Made by a program: the position numbers and the translations under genes. From the NCBI GenBank assembly GCA_051294375.1, contig CM119264.1, forward strand, positions 8,528,211-8,592,210: DNA of 64,000 nt, read 5' to 3'. Below are positions 25,401-40,040 of this stretch, piece by piece. Source of the DNA: Paraspadella gotoi. Taxonomy: Eukaryota; Animalia; Chaetognatha. Below the pieces are notes generated by a model, which was given only the letters and a program-made list of their open reading frames with translations, searched no databases and was not told the DNA's origin. Within the stretch, counting starts at the first letter, position 1. Each line of letters begins with the position of its first letter.

Positions 25401-26264
25401 CTCTCTAGCTCTTTTAGTAAGGAAAATTAAAAAAGGACTGATAATTAAATTAAAGCGACAATTGGTTTTGGTTCTCTTTACCCAGAAGGTCGTAATCAAT
25501 CTCACCGCAGCAGCTTTTAGTTTACTATAGGGAGAAAAGAAAAAAATCGAAGTAGAAAGGGAACGGCTTAGTTTCACACTGTCACATGCTTTTTCGGTGA
25601 CTTTTAGCTTTTAAGAGAGAATCAATTATGAAAGAGTTGGGGCAAAAATCTATGGGCGAAAATAAAAAACCCCAACTTACCTACTAACACTTAACTTCCG
25701 CTTCTTATGGCTAATAGATCACAAATAAAATAAAATATTATTGAATAGAAAACTACGACAAACTAAAATAGAAATTAAGAAAAAAAGGAAACAAAAATGA
25801 AGAAGAGGAACGCTGCGCATGCGCAATAAACGGTCTCTTTTTTCCGTCGGACTCGTAGACGTCTTCACAGAAAATCGCCGGGGGTCTTGTTTTGTTGACG
25901 CCGATTCTGCTGGAGGAGGCAAAACAAATAAGAAATAAAAAAAGAGGATTATTCTTCGTAGTGATAGTGAGAACTCTTTTTCTTTTTCTTCTCTTCGTCT
26001 CTGCTCTCATTCTCTCTCTCTCTCTTCTCTTCCTCTCTCTCTCTCTCTCTCTCTCTTCTCCTCTCCTCTCTCCTCTCTCTTCTCGCACCTCCTTCGTTTC
26101 TCCATCAAAGGAAATCAAGGTTACACGCCGTCGGCCCTCGTGGGCCCTCCCGCAATTAATCACCTTATCTGACTTCTGCTGCATGCGTCTCCTATCTGCA
26201 GATGCTGTGTGCTATTTCTCTCTCTCTCTCTCTCCTCCTCTCCTCTCTCCTCTCTCCTCCCCCT

Positions 26265-26300
<36 letters not shown>

Positions 26301-27256
26301 TTTTTATATTTTTAATTTTCCTTTTTTGATTAGGGACTCGGGCAACACCTTTGCAACCTTTTTTTTACCGAGATGACTATTTTTAGAAACGATATTGGCC
26401 TCCGAATTTTTATCTTTATTTCTCTTTCTCTCAAATAATTTTTATTTCTTGTTATTTTATTCTGTATGTATATTATAAATTATCATATGTTAGAAATTCG
26501 GTTATTGTTAAGCCAAAGACTAATACATACATTAGTCATCGGTCCTTCTCAACCCGAAAAACGTGTGAAATTGAGACTTTTTTCTTTTACTACAAGGCGT
26601 GAAGAAAAAATGAGAAACAAAAAAAGAACATTTGTACAAAACTCAAAAAACAAGAAAAAAAACTCGTTGTTTTCGCGTCACAACAAAAAGTTTAATGTCG
26701 ATCATTACGCGCACCTTTTTTTCTCTCCGTCACCTCGAGAGAAAGACCTCGACGAAAGTCTTCCTTTTTTTCCTTTCCTCCTTTTCTTTCCTTTCCTCCT
26801 TTTCTTTCCTTCCTCCTTTTTCTCTATCTCTCTCCGATGATGACGGCTTTTTCTCTCTCCATTTATTTTCATTGCTCTTTTTTCTTTCTTTTCTTTTCTC
26901 GTTTCTGGTTTCCGTCACCAACGAAACTAAAGTTTGTGGCGTCGTCGTTCTCGTCTTTTTTTTTGTCGTCGTCGTCGTCGTCGTCGTCGTCATCATTTTC
27001 AGCGCGTTTTCGTTATCGACAGCGTCACTTTTGAACGACCCGATCGCTCGTAGCGTCGTTTCCGGTTTCTTTTATTGTTTTCTTGTCGGGTTCTTTATCA
27101 TCGTCGTTTATATCGTCGTCGTTTTCCCTCTTTCTTCGGCATCGTCTTTTTCCTCTTCGTCGTCTTCGTCTTCCACCGTTAAAACGCGCGCGCGCCTCTT
27201 ACCTTCCGCGACGCGTCCGCAATAATCGCATGCAATCGCGCGTGTGCGCCAGAAGC

Positions 27257-27305
<49 letters not shown>

Positions 27306-28409
27306 TAAGACAAATGTGGCGTCGTCGTGACGTCGGTGTCTTCCGGTGTTGTCTTTTGTCGTCGTTGTTCCTCCCGCTTATCTGTCGCAGTTTGTGTTGA
27401 TTGTTATGATTGAATTTTCGTTGTCATAGTGACTGTTTGGTTTACATATTAGGACATCAACGAGAAATGTTATTTATCCGTTGATCCGTCCATTATAAAA
27501 TCTGACACGTCCGAAAAATAGCGTAGCTAAATATTTTGGAAAAATGAAAATTGATCCTTTAATTCTGACTGTATTTTTGTATCACATGTTCCATATTTTT
27601 AATCGTCGTTGTCCTTTTGTCATTGATAAAGTTCTCGCTGTCGTCCTCGTCGTTGTCATCTTCCTATCTTTCGGCGTCGTTGTCGTCTTCGTCATCTTTC
27701 TCGTCGTCATCGACATCGACTAAGTTCGCCTTCGTGTTTTTTGAAAGAAGTTTCTTTGCTAATTTTTCACTCGAAATGATTTCAAAAAGTTTCTCTTTTT
27801 CAATCCGCTTCTCTGTTGTGGCACCAGGGGAGATAATTTTCACAGCCGGCGGTGGGGAGGGTGGGAGGAAGGAGTGGGAGAGAGTGGAGGAGAAAGGGAG
27901 AGTGTTGAAGAGATAGGGAGAGATTGGGAGAGTGTTGGAGAGTGTGGAACAGTGTGGTAGAGTGTGGGAGAGAAGGGATGGGAAGTCGAGAGGATGGGAA
28001 ACAGTCAGAGTGTTAAGTTTATACTTTTTTTTCACTAGTAAAACAATTATATTTTAACTTTTCTTTATATTCATACTATAATATTGAATTTAAAAAAGTA
28101 TAAGCGAAAAGAGGCATATGGCTCTTTATTATTTTATATGAAAATCAAATGCCGCCGACGCCGCCCACACCTCCAACGCCCTCCAACGCGGCGTAAACAA
28201 ATTAAATCTACTCCTTTTCGCTTTCCTCTTTGTGCTTCGATCTCGAGTTCGAGCCCCCAATTTAAAAAAAAAAAAAATTGTGAAAATGTCTGACGTTAAG
28301 TTTATAGAGTCATCGCATGCACTGTTTAAATATTGATTAAAAACGTTTATTTTGGGTTCAAGTGCAAAATTTTCTGACCCGCTGCAAGGCAAAGGCATTT
28401 AACGGTACG

Positions 28410-28510
28410 TCTGCTCAAAAGTGCTCATGCTGTCCAAAAGCAGTTGATGTCGGTGAAACTAGGCGAAGCTGCGAGACTCGTACTGCGAAGCACAAGAGAG
28501 CGGTCGATAC
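28410..28510 (+). mobile_element. Degenerate GIY-YIG endonuclease fragment, Penelope-like retroelement remnant
   Basis: Translation CSCCPKAVDVGETRRSCETRTAKHKRAV resembles the PLE pattern CxxC...YIGETxRxLxxRxxEHxxAV with decayed key residues. Confidence 0.6.
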
Positions 28511-29536
28511 TCGGTTAATTTTTCTTTCGATCGATATAAAAAACGTTTGGAAATTTTTAGAAATTTTACCGAAACCCAAAATGAAGGATTATCATAATCA
28601 GATTATGACTCCTGACTTTTGACAGTTTTTGCCCTTGATTTATGAAAATGTAGGATATAGAAGCAAAATGTCTCACACATCCGCTCCAGAACTGTCGACT
28701 TTCTGACTGCTGTAAAAGTGGTAAGAATGGCAGCATTTTCAATGGGCGCGGTAGCAATAGCATATGCCGCCTTGCCTGGACATTTCGAGAAGGTGAAATA
28801 TTTTAATAGATTGTATTCTCCTAACATTTTTGCATATCATTATTGTTGTTTTCCAAAAGAGCTGGACTTCCCTGTACATTGTATGATTCGGGTTCTGGCT
28901 ATTTTGACGACACGTACAGGTCACGGTTGTCACCGGTTGTGAAGCATTGATGATGGGTACAATGGGTACGATGGGTACAACAACGACGACGAATACGTCG
29001 ACGACGACGATGACGACGAAATCGAGGACTATTAAGGATAACTGTCCTCGAAGGCGACGACGACGACGGCGACAACCATTACGACGAAATGGACGAAGGA
29101 AAATGGAATAAAAATTTTCAACATAAAATTCCAATTTAGACATAAAAAAGAGAATTGGGGGGGGAGTGGAATGAAGGCAGGGAGAAAAGGGATTTGTTGA
29201 AGAGGAAAGAAAAAGGAAGAAGAAAGAAATGGAAAGTGAGGAAGAATAAAAACAGGATAATATCATCGTAAAGAAGCATTCTCTCTCAAATATCATTAAT
29301 TAAAATATTGTGCGAGAAAAATCGATAATTTAATATGATATACCGTTTTTCGTTTTATCGAGGCGACTAAACGTCAACGTTTCTGTCAATTGCATCATTT
29401 CAATTCTTCGCAAAAGTGATATTCCATTCACGGCACAAATCCCGCTTCACAAAAACATAAATCCCCTTATCTTTCCCGAACTCGAATTGTCTCACTCCCT
29501 CTCTTTTTTTCTGAGTATTTGGCTGTCTTAGCCTTA

Positions 29537-29662
<126 letters not shown>

Positions 29663-29975
29663 ATCTTCTGTAAGCAGAACACGTGTTGCCACCGAATGGA
29701 ATCAAGAGAGCATCCAAAACTAAATGCTCTTTTGTTGCCTTGTTATTCCCTTTTGCTTTTATTATAAATTTCTTTCCTCAGTTGTATTTCATTTTTTCAT
29801 AAACTGTCTTTTCAAATAAAAATCCTAGAAACGTGTGGCTCCCTATTTGTTTCGTTTCTGCTCTTTTATCTCTTTCCTTTTTTTATTCATTGTCCACGAG
29901 ATTTTACGCTTTCATCGTTTGTATCTTTCACTCGCCAGTTCAGCAGTATTGTCCATTTATGTCTGTTGACTTTTG

Positions 29976-30076
<101 letters not shown>

Positions 30077-30349
30077 TCCATCGCTCTCAACAATATTCCT
30101 ACATCCTTCTCACCCTTTGCTCTTTTGTCTTAAGGGGAGAGACGATTCGTAATTCATGGCCGCCATCGCCGAGTCTAGACATCCAAGCTCAAGATGGCGC
30201 TCGCCGATTTTTTTCCTTCAAAAAACTTGGGTTTATTGTTTCCTTTTGTTTTTTATTGTTAAAAATCAGATTTAATTTCCAGCCAACACATTTTTTCTTT
30301 TGTAAATTATTTTAATAAGATACATGATTCATGAACCTGCTTGAGTTGT

Positions 30350-30449
<100 letters not shown>

Positions 30450-30576
30450 TTTCTGTTTTTCTTTTCGCTCTAAAGTTTTTTTAATTTATCTTTCTTTTTT
30501 TATTCCTTTTTCCCCCTTCATGGGAGGCCCCTTTATGGTCCATTATCAATTCTGAGTCGAAATACAAAACAGGATA

Positions 30577-30652
<76 letters not shown>

Positions 30653-31905
30653 CTCTCTCTCTCTCTCTCTCTCNNNNNNNNNNNNNNNNNNNNNNNNNNN
30701 NNNNNNNNNNNNNNNNNNNNNNNNNNNNNNNNNNNNNNNNNNNNNNNNNNNNNNNNNNNNNNNNNNNNNNNNNNNNNNNNNNNNNNNNNNNNNNNNNNNN
30801 NNNNNNNNNNNNNNNNNNNNNNNNNNNNNNNNNNNNNNNNNNNNNNNNNNNNNNNNNNNNNNNNNNNNNNNNNNNNNNNNNNNNNNNNNNNNNNNNNNNN
30901 NNNNNNNNNNNNNNNNNNNNNNNNNNNNNNNNNNNNNNNNNNNNNNNNNNNNNNNNNNNNNNNNNNNNNNNNNNNNNNNNNNNNNNNNNNNNNNNNNNNN
31001 NNNNNNNNNNNNNNNNNNNNNNNNNNNNNNNNNNNNNNNNNNNNNNNNNNNNNNNNNNNNNNNNNNNNNNNNNNNNNNNNNNNNNNNNNNNNNNNNNNNN
31101 NNNNNNNNNNNNNNNNNNNNNNNNNNNNNNNNNNNNNNNNNNNNNNNNNNNNNNNNNNNNNNNNNNNNNNNNNNNNNNNNNNNNNNNNNNNNNNNNNNNN
31201 NNNNNNTCAAATTCAGAACGATTTCCATTGTTACGGTTCCATTTGAATCGCGTTTCAGAATCGCTGTCGCTGCCATAGCAAGCATTTCCTTGTAATCACG
31301 ATTGTGCTTCAGTTGTCACAATTGTTTTCAACGAACAACCTCATTGTCGCCTGATTTTAACTTTGTCTTAGTCTTTTTTTTTCCTCAAGAAAACAAGAAA
31401 GCGGGTTTTTTTTTTGTTCCAATTTATATTACTCCTAAAAAAATTGAATTTATTTTCCTGTGAAACTATTCGCAATAACCCACTAAATCCCGCTACATCT
31501 TGACTACTTTCAACTTCTCGCAGGAGTCGTCTACGCTCCAGTCAGTCGACTCCAGCGAGCTCTCTCCTGTCTCGTTACTTCTCCATTTCGTAGATATCGG
31601 ATCGGCGCGAAAAGCCCAACGTCCCGCCCTCTGCTCCTTCCGCGCCTCCGACTGTCCCCATCTCCCCCGCCTGTCACCCATTCCGCCTCTCACTCTCCCT
31701 CTCACTCCCTCTCATCACCCGAACTTCATGCTCACCTCACTCCCGTCTTTTCCCCAATTTTCTCTTCCATCTCTCATCATCTTTTCCTCTTTTATCTCTT
31801 CCAGTTTCATCCCATCCTTTCTCTTTCTGTCATCTTCCTCCTTTTCCGGACACCCTTTCCCCCCTCTTTTTCATTCTCCCCCCCTCTTCCTCCTCTTTCG
31901 CCCGA

Positions 31906-32067
31906 TCAGGTGCACTTGACGGGCGGGCAGTCGTCGGGCTTAGGCGGCGCCGTGTCTCGGCAATAGTCGTCGGCGACGCAGACGTCGCAGTCGCCGTCGG
32001 CGTCTTCGCGCGTGAGGACGGCGCTGCTGAAGCGCGAGTGGTGGTTGCCGAAAGAGAAGGACGGAGC
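31906..32067 (-). CDS. ODF3: ODF3/CIMAP1-family (SHIPPO-repeat) protein, terminal exon (APSFSFGNHHSRFSS...DCPPVKCT*)
   Basis: ccccgcag acceptor, phase 0. APxFSFGxxHS is the conserved ODF3-family C-terminal motif. The assignment is at family level only. Confidence 0.85.
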   Translation of the reverse strand, partial: APSFSFGNHHSRFSSAVLTREDADGDCDVCVADDYCRDTAPPKPDDCPPVKCT

Positions 32068-33458
32068 CTGCGGGGTGGTAGGGGTGGTGGAAAAAAGGGG
32101 GTAGAATGTTGGAATGAGTAGTGGTGGTTAAGGAAGGATTATGACGGAGCTGGGGGTGGTAAGGGTGGTGGCAAAGTGGGTTAGGAGGTTAGGTGACGGT
32201 AGCAGAGGGAAGTAGTAATAACGGGTTGGTAAGTTAAATGTGTTTAGTTCGAACCGTTCACAATTTCTCGTCAAAATATCACAAGTGTTTTATTTGGATG
32301 TGAACCTATGGCAGTCCCGTCTTTTTAGTGAAAGTCAGTGAAAGACTTTGACTTTAAAGCGAAAATACCTACGTTTGTGATAGCAAGAATTACGGAGACA
32401 ACGACGACGACGACGACGACGACGAAATTCACCTTCACAGCGAAGACGACGACAAAATTATGCAAAAAAACGAAAGAAAAAAAACGAAAGAACGACAACG
32501 ACGAAACGAATAAAGAAGATGAAGAAGACGACAGCGACGAAGAAAAAGAACTCTAAGATAACGCCGACGATGACGACGACAACGACGACGACGACGACGA
32601 CAATTTCCATGCAAAAAATTTTCTCTGCTTCATTCATTTTTAAGCCCAGAACCACAAAAAGAAAAAAAAATAGCAAAGAAAATACCAAGATAAGTCAAGG
32701 AAAAAGAAAAAGGGGAAAAAGAAAGGAGAGCGGGTGGATCCATCGTACGGAGCTTCTCTCTCCTTCGCTTTAAGAATACAGTTATCGTGATTCCTAATTC
32801 ACTGAGATTATGCAAATGAGCAGCGGAGAGAGAAGAAGGTGTTTCGGTTAAAAGCGTCAATGGTTGATGGGAGATAATAGGAAAGGGAGCTCTCTCTCTC
32901 TCTCTCTCTCTCNNNNNNNNNNNNNNNNNNNNNNNNNNNNNNNNNNNNNNNNNNNNNNNNNNNNNNNNNNNNNNNNNNNNNNNNNNNNNNNNNNNNNNNN
33001 NNNNNNNNNNNNNNNNNNNNNNNNNNNNNNNNNNNNNNNNNNNNNNNNNNNNNNNNNNNNNNNNNNNNNNNNNNNNNNNNNTTTGGAAACTTCCTACCAG
33101 TTTTGTTTTTTTCAATTTCTGGTACTCATGTTATGAAATGAATGTAATTTAACTCCACGATAAGAAAAAGACTAAAATATTCGCGGCTCTGTAGTATATG
33201 AAATTGGTACAACCAAAATAAACAAGCTATTGATTATTGAACGAATTTCCATAAAAACATCCGTTATCATCACTTTTCCTCTATAATTTTCTTCTTGTAC
33301 TAAAGCATTTGGATAAGGTTTTAAAACTGGAATAATTCAGAATAATGGATCGACGTCAGAAAATAGACCCTAGAATTTCTCTCAAAGCGATAAAGATTTT
33401 ACAAAATGGAAAGAGGGAAAAAGTAATTTAAATACGAAAGCTATAAAGAAAGACAGAA

Positions 33459-33513
<55 letters not shown>

Positions 33514-36500
33514 AAGAGAGAGCAAAACAAAAAGAGTCAGACAGAAAAACAAGAACGGTAATTCCAATGTGTTGCGTCGCGGGGACATTATTTTCATACG
33601 TATTTCCCTTTCATCACATGATTTGACATGACATGATATGACTAAAAAATTTTTTTTGCCCTTGTATTTATGATATGCATCCAAAGTCCGTCTTTTATTC
33701 CTTATAGTTTTTCGGAATTCCTGAAGGCGGCGCGAGCAGCTCCTTAGATTTGAGTTTTTTTCTGTCTTTACAAATAAGCAACCAGATATAGGCAAATTAT
33801 ATGCATTTTAAACTAAGTGGGACAGACCGACGGACCGTCAGACGGACCGACAGACCGACCGAAATGTGACTTTTGTGACTCCGCTAGTACTCGCGGCGCA
33901 ACTAAAAATTGATTAAACATCTTTTAGATGCTCAGTTCAAATTAAATAAGAAAATGACGAGCTCGCTTTTCTATGCTGCTTCTCAGAGACTTTGACATTA
34001 AATTTAAGTTTCCGCACGAATTAAATTATTTAACATTAAAGCACTTCCGTCATCATAAGCAATTTTTTTTTATTTTCCGTTGTTGTTAGCCGAGACATTT
34101 AAAACATCGAAAAACAAATAAGTAATTATGCGGAAAAAAAGAACACAAAATATTTTCTCTCTCTCTCCCTTTCTCTCTCTCTCTCTCTCTCTCATCTCTC
34201 ATTCTCCTCTCGCGACCCATCTCTCTCCCTCTCTCTCTTCTCCTTCTTCCTCTATCATCTGCATTCTCTTCTCCTCTCTCTCTCCTCTCTCCTCTCCGTC
34301 TCCTCTCCTTGCCTCCTCCTCTCTCGTCTCTCGTCCTTTCTCCAAGCGTAAGCCGTCATCTCGCGAGGCAAAAACAGAGACAACCGCCGCACACCAAATG
34401 ATTCCTCTTATCCGGCGCGCGCGCGCCGCATCTATCTTACATGCTTCCCTTTCACTCCACATTTCGCCGTTCTCTCTTCTCTTCGTTTTCTCTCCTGCCT
34501 CCTCTCTCTCGTCTTACGTCTGTCAGTTCGTCCGTCTATCTGCTCTCGATTTCTCCCGTCTCTCTCCTCATGCTTCTTGCTCCTCTCTCTCGTCTCTCTC
34601 TCCTCTTCTCTCTCTTCTCTCTCTCTCTCTCTCTCTCGTCCTCTCTCTCTCCTCTGCTTCCCTGCTTTTTCTTGCTTTAAACCTTTTTGTTTCTCCTTCC
34701 TCGCACTTAAGTTTTTTCTTCTCTCTACTTTTCCCTATTTTCCTCTTTTTTTTTTTTTTCCATTTCCGTTTTTTCCTTTGTTTTTCACCTATTTTTTTCC
34801 GAAACTATTTCTGCTCTTATCTTTGCTTTATTTCTTTGGTTGCGGTGATTGCATGTTTTATTACCCTCCCGCATTTCTCATTCATCATTTATTCTTCACC
34901 GTTTCGTACCGCTTTTTTCCGTGTTTTATCCTCTGTTTTTGTTCTCTTTTCCTCTGTCTAATTCTCTGGGTTTCTTGTTCTTTCCTCACATTTTCAGTTT
35001 TTTAAAAGAGCTTGAAGTAGTTGAGACGTTGTAATACTGACTCTCTCGTTTTTTCTCTTTTCCATGAGGTTTTTTCGTCTTTATCTTTCTTTTTTTTTTT
35101 TTTTTTCATCGTTATGTTAATATTTGTAATGCTATTTATATTTAAATTTAGATAATTTATATATTTAAATATTGATTTATTTTAATATTTATTATTTAAT
35201 TATATTGTAAATATGTTAGTATTATAATTTAAATTTTTATTAAGCTTTAGATATTTAATATTATTTAATATTATAATATTTAATATCTTAGTATTTAAGT
35301 TTTATATATTTAATTTAATATTTTTGTATTTTTAATATTATATAATCAAATGCTTGCCTCTTTATCGCTCTTAATAGCAAAAGTGGCTTCCCTCTTTCAT
35401 CTATTTCCATTGCGTCTTCGTAAGTTAACCCATACATCGTTTCTTTTCTTTTTCGACCTACTCGCGTTCGCGAATTCGTTCTTCGTCAGAATTCCTTCTC
35501 TGAATAATTTCACCCAAATTAATAATTTTACACCTCGCAAAATTTATTAAACGAACTGACATCTTATCCGTCTTCAACGTATTCCCGTCTCCGGTCAGGT
35601 GTGCTGTACGACGAGCGGGCGAGGGGGCGATCACAGTCGTCTTGTTCTAGAATGGGGGTGTTTGGTACTCGAAGATGTGCGAAGGAGGGGCGTTGTCCCG
35701 TTACCTTTGTAGTGGAGAGTTTCTATGGTCCGAGGATCAAGGATACGTTGACGTTCGGGTACCTTGCGGGAATTATTGTTCAGTTTCAATGAATTTAATC
35801 GAGTTTAGATGTTGCTTTTTGAATTATTTTGAATGTAGTCACAGTTTATAATCGGGACTTATTGGATTTCATGCTGAGGTCATGGTATTTTGTTTGTGCT
35901 GTTATAAACTAAATGTAAATTTATTCAAGTCATTGATTTATTTGGATTGATTTTTAAATTTGATCATAGNNNNNNNNNNNNNNNNNNNNNNNNNCTTATT
36001 ATATAAAGAATAACTCAGAATTTTCTTAAACCACGGACCAACGGAAAAAACTCCACGACAAAATCTCGCAACTGTAAATTGGTACAGACGAACTTGAAGG
36101 CGATTATTGTATTCGAGAAAAAAGCGCGTAACTGAAATAAAATAGGCGGACGAGATAATAAAAGTTTTTAGAAGGAAAAAAAAGAAGACGTAAAGAGAGA
36201 AGAGAGATGAGAAGCAACTGAGAGAGAAGAAAAGAAGCTGGACAAGCCGCTGTGGACCGCCGACTGGACCGCCGCTGCAGAGTGAACTCACTTTTCGAAC
36301 GAATATGAAGTAGGGACCACCTCTTCTTCCTTATCTATAAAAAATTTCAAAATAAAAAATATTTGGGTATAGAGCCACTATAAAGGAAAATTTCTTTTCA
36401 CATGTTTAACATTCGATAAGTTATATAAATTAAAAAATGCATCAAATTTTCGTATTGTAATCCACTTAAATAAGCCGAACTTGAGCATGTTTCCCATACT

Positions 36501-38744
36501 AAACTTTTCGATTCACCCCATTCGAGAGGGAGTCTACCCCTATTCAGAAGAAAAAAAAACTTAGATTAAAGCTCAACTCTTTTTCAAAATAATAACATCC
36601 AAAATTATATCCCTATTAACAAAATCATATAGTTGAAAATTTAACTCACTTAACGACTATAGAATATTTCTTGACTATCCAAATATTTTTTTACTTACTT
36701 CAAAAAAAAAATTTTATTCCTCATTTTAAAAAATTTTAACTCTTGAATGACAAATTTTTGCATTGCTTCTTTTTTTAAGAACAGATACCACCAGACCGAC
36801 GGTCAAATTTTATATTTGCTACATATTTAATTATTCATATAATAGTCTAATCACAGCTCAAAAATTATTATTTAAAAAAAAAAAGATAAGAAATGATTAA
36901 ACTATATACACTAAACAAATATTAATCAATTAATCAATCAGTAAAAATTATCAGAAATAACAAAAAAAGTAAATGTTTCAATTGACTATATCTCTCTTAT
37001 ACAACTCCTATTTAAATAAATTGCCAATAGTGGTTGCCAACCGGTTCAAAGTCTACAATAATAAATAAATACATAATAATGAATAAGTCACATTAGCTAA
37101 TTTACATGTTGACAATCATCAGTCCAATATAAGTTATTCTTTTTCCACTTTTTTTAAAATGTATCCACGACAAATCTCGGATGTAAATTTGGGATTTCAA
37201 TATTAATTGCAGAAAAAAAGCCCCGAATACCAACGTTTTTTAAGAAAGATAAAAACATAATCATAATTTTTCAAAAAAGGATAGCGCATACACGCCAGAG
37301 AGACGAGACGAGAGAGAGACGGAGATCAGAGCAGAATAGAGACAGAAAGAGAGAAAGATAGAGACGAACAGAGCAGAGGGAGACGGAGGGAGAGCAGATG
37401 AGAGCGCCTCGAACTCGTTTTTTTAACACGATTTCAGAAAAGCAGCGCCTGAATCAAATATATATTTTTTTAAGAAAGAAACACTAATCAGACTTTTTTA
37501 AAAAAAACGAACGATCACGCATGAGACGTACAGAGAGAGGCGACAGACGCACACAGAGAGAGACTCGAGAGAAGAGAGACTGAGAGAGACTGAAGAGGAC
37601 CCTGAACTCGTTTGAAATTTAAAAAGAAAAAACACTAATTTCTTTCCATTTATATTATATATTATTTTATACACGTAACGTTTCCATTGCCATCAAAACG
37701 CCTTTTTAGGGTCATGTTCCTTGACCATTCCACGAAATCCAGCGTTCAAGTAAGTTATTCCTTCACAATTTCTCTCAAAAAGAATCCACGAAAATCTCAG
37801 CAATTAAATTTGGGATTTTGTATTGAAAAAAAAGCGCGGCACAATAAATGGCGGATAATAAAAGTTTTTAGAAAGGAAAAAAATAATCAAAAAATTTTCA
37901 AAAACGAACACGATCACGCAGAGATCGTTAAAGAGAGAAAGAGACAAGAAAGAGACGAGAGAAGAAGAGAAAAAGAGACAAAGGCTGGCACAGCTCTTGA
38001 AGGCCGCCTGTACCAGTCAGTGCCAGACAACTGAACTGCAAACTAACTACCGTTTTTTCTGAAATAAAAGAATAAAAAAATAAAATAAATAAAAGAAAGG
38101 CACAAAAAAAATGTTACAATGGTTTTACCAATTGGAAATTTTTCCAACCTCCTTTTTTCCAATCCGCAGCTGTGTAAAAGATTTTAATCTTTTATTTGTA
38201 TTAAAATTTCAAGATATAGCTATCTCCATAAAAAGTATATTTCTTGATTCCTCATTTTCTATATAAGATTTAAAAAAACTTTTTTGGAATTTCATTCCTC
38301 TCCATATTATATTACTGCAATATGTAAATTAGAATTAAACAGCATTTCTACTATACTAATTTGGAGTTGATACATTGCAGTACATAATCCCATTTGGCAT
38401 ATTGCAAGTAAATCATAATGAAGCTGAATCTCAAACAAAAACTAATCACAAATGTGAATAAGAAATATCAAAGCTATTTCAAGATGAGAAGCATATCTAA
38501 ATTTTTACTTACTATGAATGCGACACTTTTGCTAAAACTTTATCATAATTCATAATAATTTATTTTTAAAAAAAACGGTAAGTCACAGCCAAACCTATAA
38601 ACACGCGGTTTAGTAGTTTTTACTTATAGAAACAGCGTCGTGACGGACGACGACGACGACGACCGACAACGACTACGGTCACAAACGAAGCTCACCCGAA
38701 TCAATATCAAGCCTGCAACCGGCTTCGCCCGGTCACTGCTTGAT

Positions 38745-39445
38745 AAAAACAAAAAAAAAAACATAAAAACTAGTCGTGCTTAATTGCTTCTAAAAATGTA
38801 ATAAGTTGATACATTTACATTTTCATATTCCTTCCACTTCAACCACACTTCCACGAAGCCCCTTACACCGCGAACCTCACCAAACTGTCTCGTCCGCCCG
38901 ACCGACGAGTTTAGCAGTCGGCCATTCTTAAAGGATTCTGTGGTAATGATGCCAGCATGACAGCACGCCACCATCGTCCCGTCGAGGGAGTAGTGTGGGC
39001 CCGGGCGATGAACGGACGTCAGAACGAGACTCTCAAACGTTCGCCGAAACCGCGGGGACCGCCGGGCGACTGTCGGGCTCTCGAGGGCGACTCTGCGATC
39101 GTGATTGGAGGAAGGGGCGTAGGCCAGACTAGGATGATGTGTGAAGTGACATGGGGAGGTGAGAGCTGTTGTGGTAAAGAGGCTCTACAGAAGAGAGATC
39201 TTGTGTATATGTCGAAAGAGTACACCACTAAATATGATACGAACAGCGGATGTCACTACAACCATTCATAAATTCTGCCTATCGGCCAGTCACTAGATGA
39301 ACGAGATTAACTACCTCATAAACCAACCAGCACCACAGCGCATCAGCAGCGAAAGAAAACGCCAGCGCGCAACTCCAGCTCACAGATGCCCGTCGCCCCG
39401 AACCGGCGCCGTCGAGCCGAAGCGCGCCAGCTCCGTATAGCGACC
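38745..39445 (-). other. Inverted, indel-rich copy of about 19165-19910 (Ig gene TM and cytoplasmic exons with introns)
   Basis: The reverse complement matches, e.g. ...ggtttatgaggtagttaatctcgttcatctag and ctcgtcggtcgggcggacgagacagtttggtgag. It includes intron sequence and is frameshifted throughout. Confidence 0.85.
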
Positions 39446-39622
39446 GCGCAGAAGTGAACCGTGAAAGTCCTGCTTCTATCTCTCTCGGCAAACAACAACG
39501 AAAACGGAGAACAATATGATTTATCCGCGCGCATTATACACTGGCTTCCTTCACTCCAATTTTTCGCCTTCTTCTCTCTCTCTCTCGTCTCTCTCTCTCC
39601 TCTTCTCTCTTCTCTCTGCCCT

Positions 39623-39654
<32 letters not shown>

Positions 39655-39948
39655 CTCTCTTGCTTATTCTTGCTTTTCAAACTCTTTTTTTCCCTTCCTC
39701 GCACTTAAGTTTTTCTTTCTCACTTTTTATCCCTATTTTCCTTTTTTTTCCCTTTTCTTTTTTTTCACTTTTCTCTTTTTTTCTTTGGTTCGGATTCATT
39801 TTATTCCCTCCCCATTTCTCTTCACCTCCTTTTCCTTCTTTTCCACTGTTTTTTCTTTCCTCAATTTTTCAGTTTAAACTTGAGAGTTGAGACGTTACAC
39901 TCTTTTTCTCTTTCCAGTTTTTTCCTCATTATCTTCATTTTTTCTCGT

Positions 39949-40040
39949 TAATATTTAATATTTAATATTTAATATTTAATATTTAATATTTAATATTTAA
40001 TATTTAATATTTAATATTTAATATTTAATATTTAATATTT
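39949..40040. repeat. 7-bp (TAATATT)n tandem repeat
   Basis: About 13 perfect units. Noisy counterparts lie near 35120-35345 and 52930-53020. Confidence 0.9.

Noticed and set aside
30533-31285. ORFs containing X runs (also near 23406-23891, 32630-33136, 56486-57316 and 58315-59008)
   Set aside because: They are open only because they cross N gaps.
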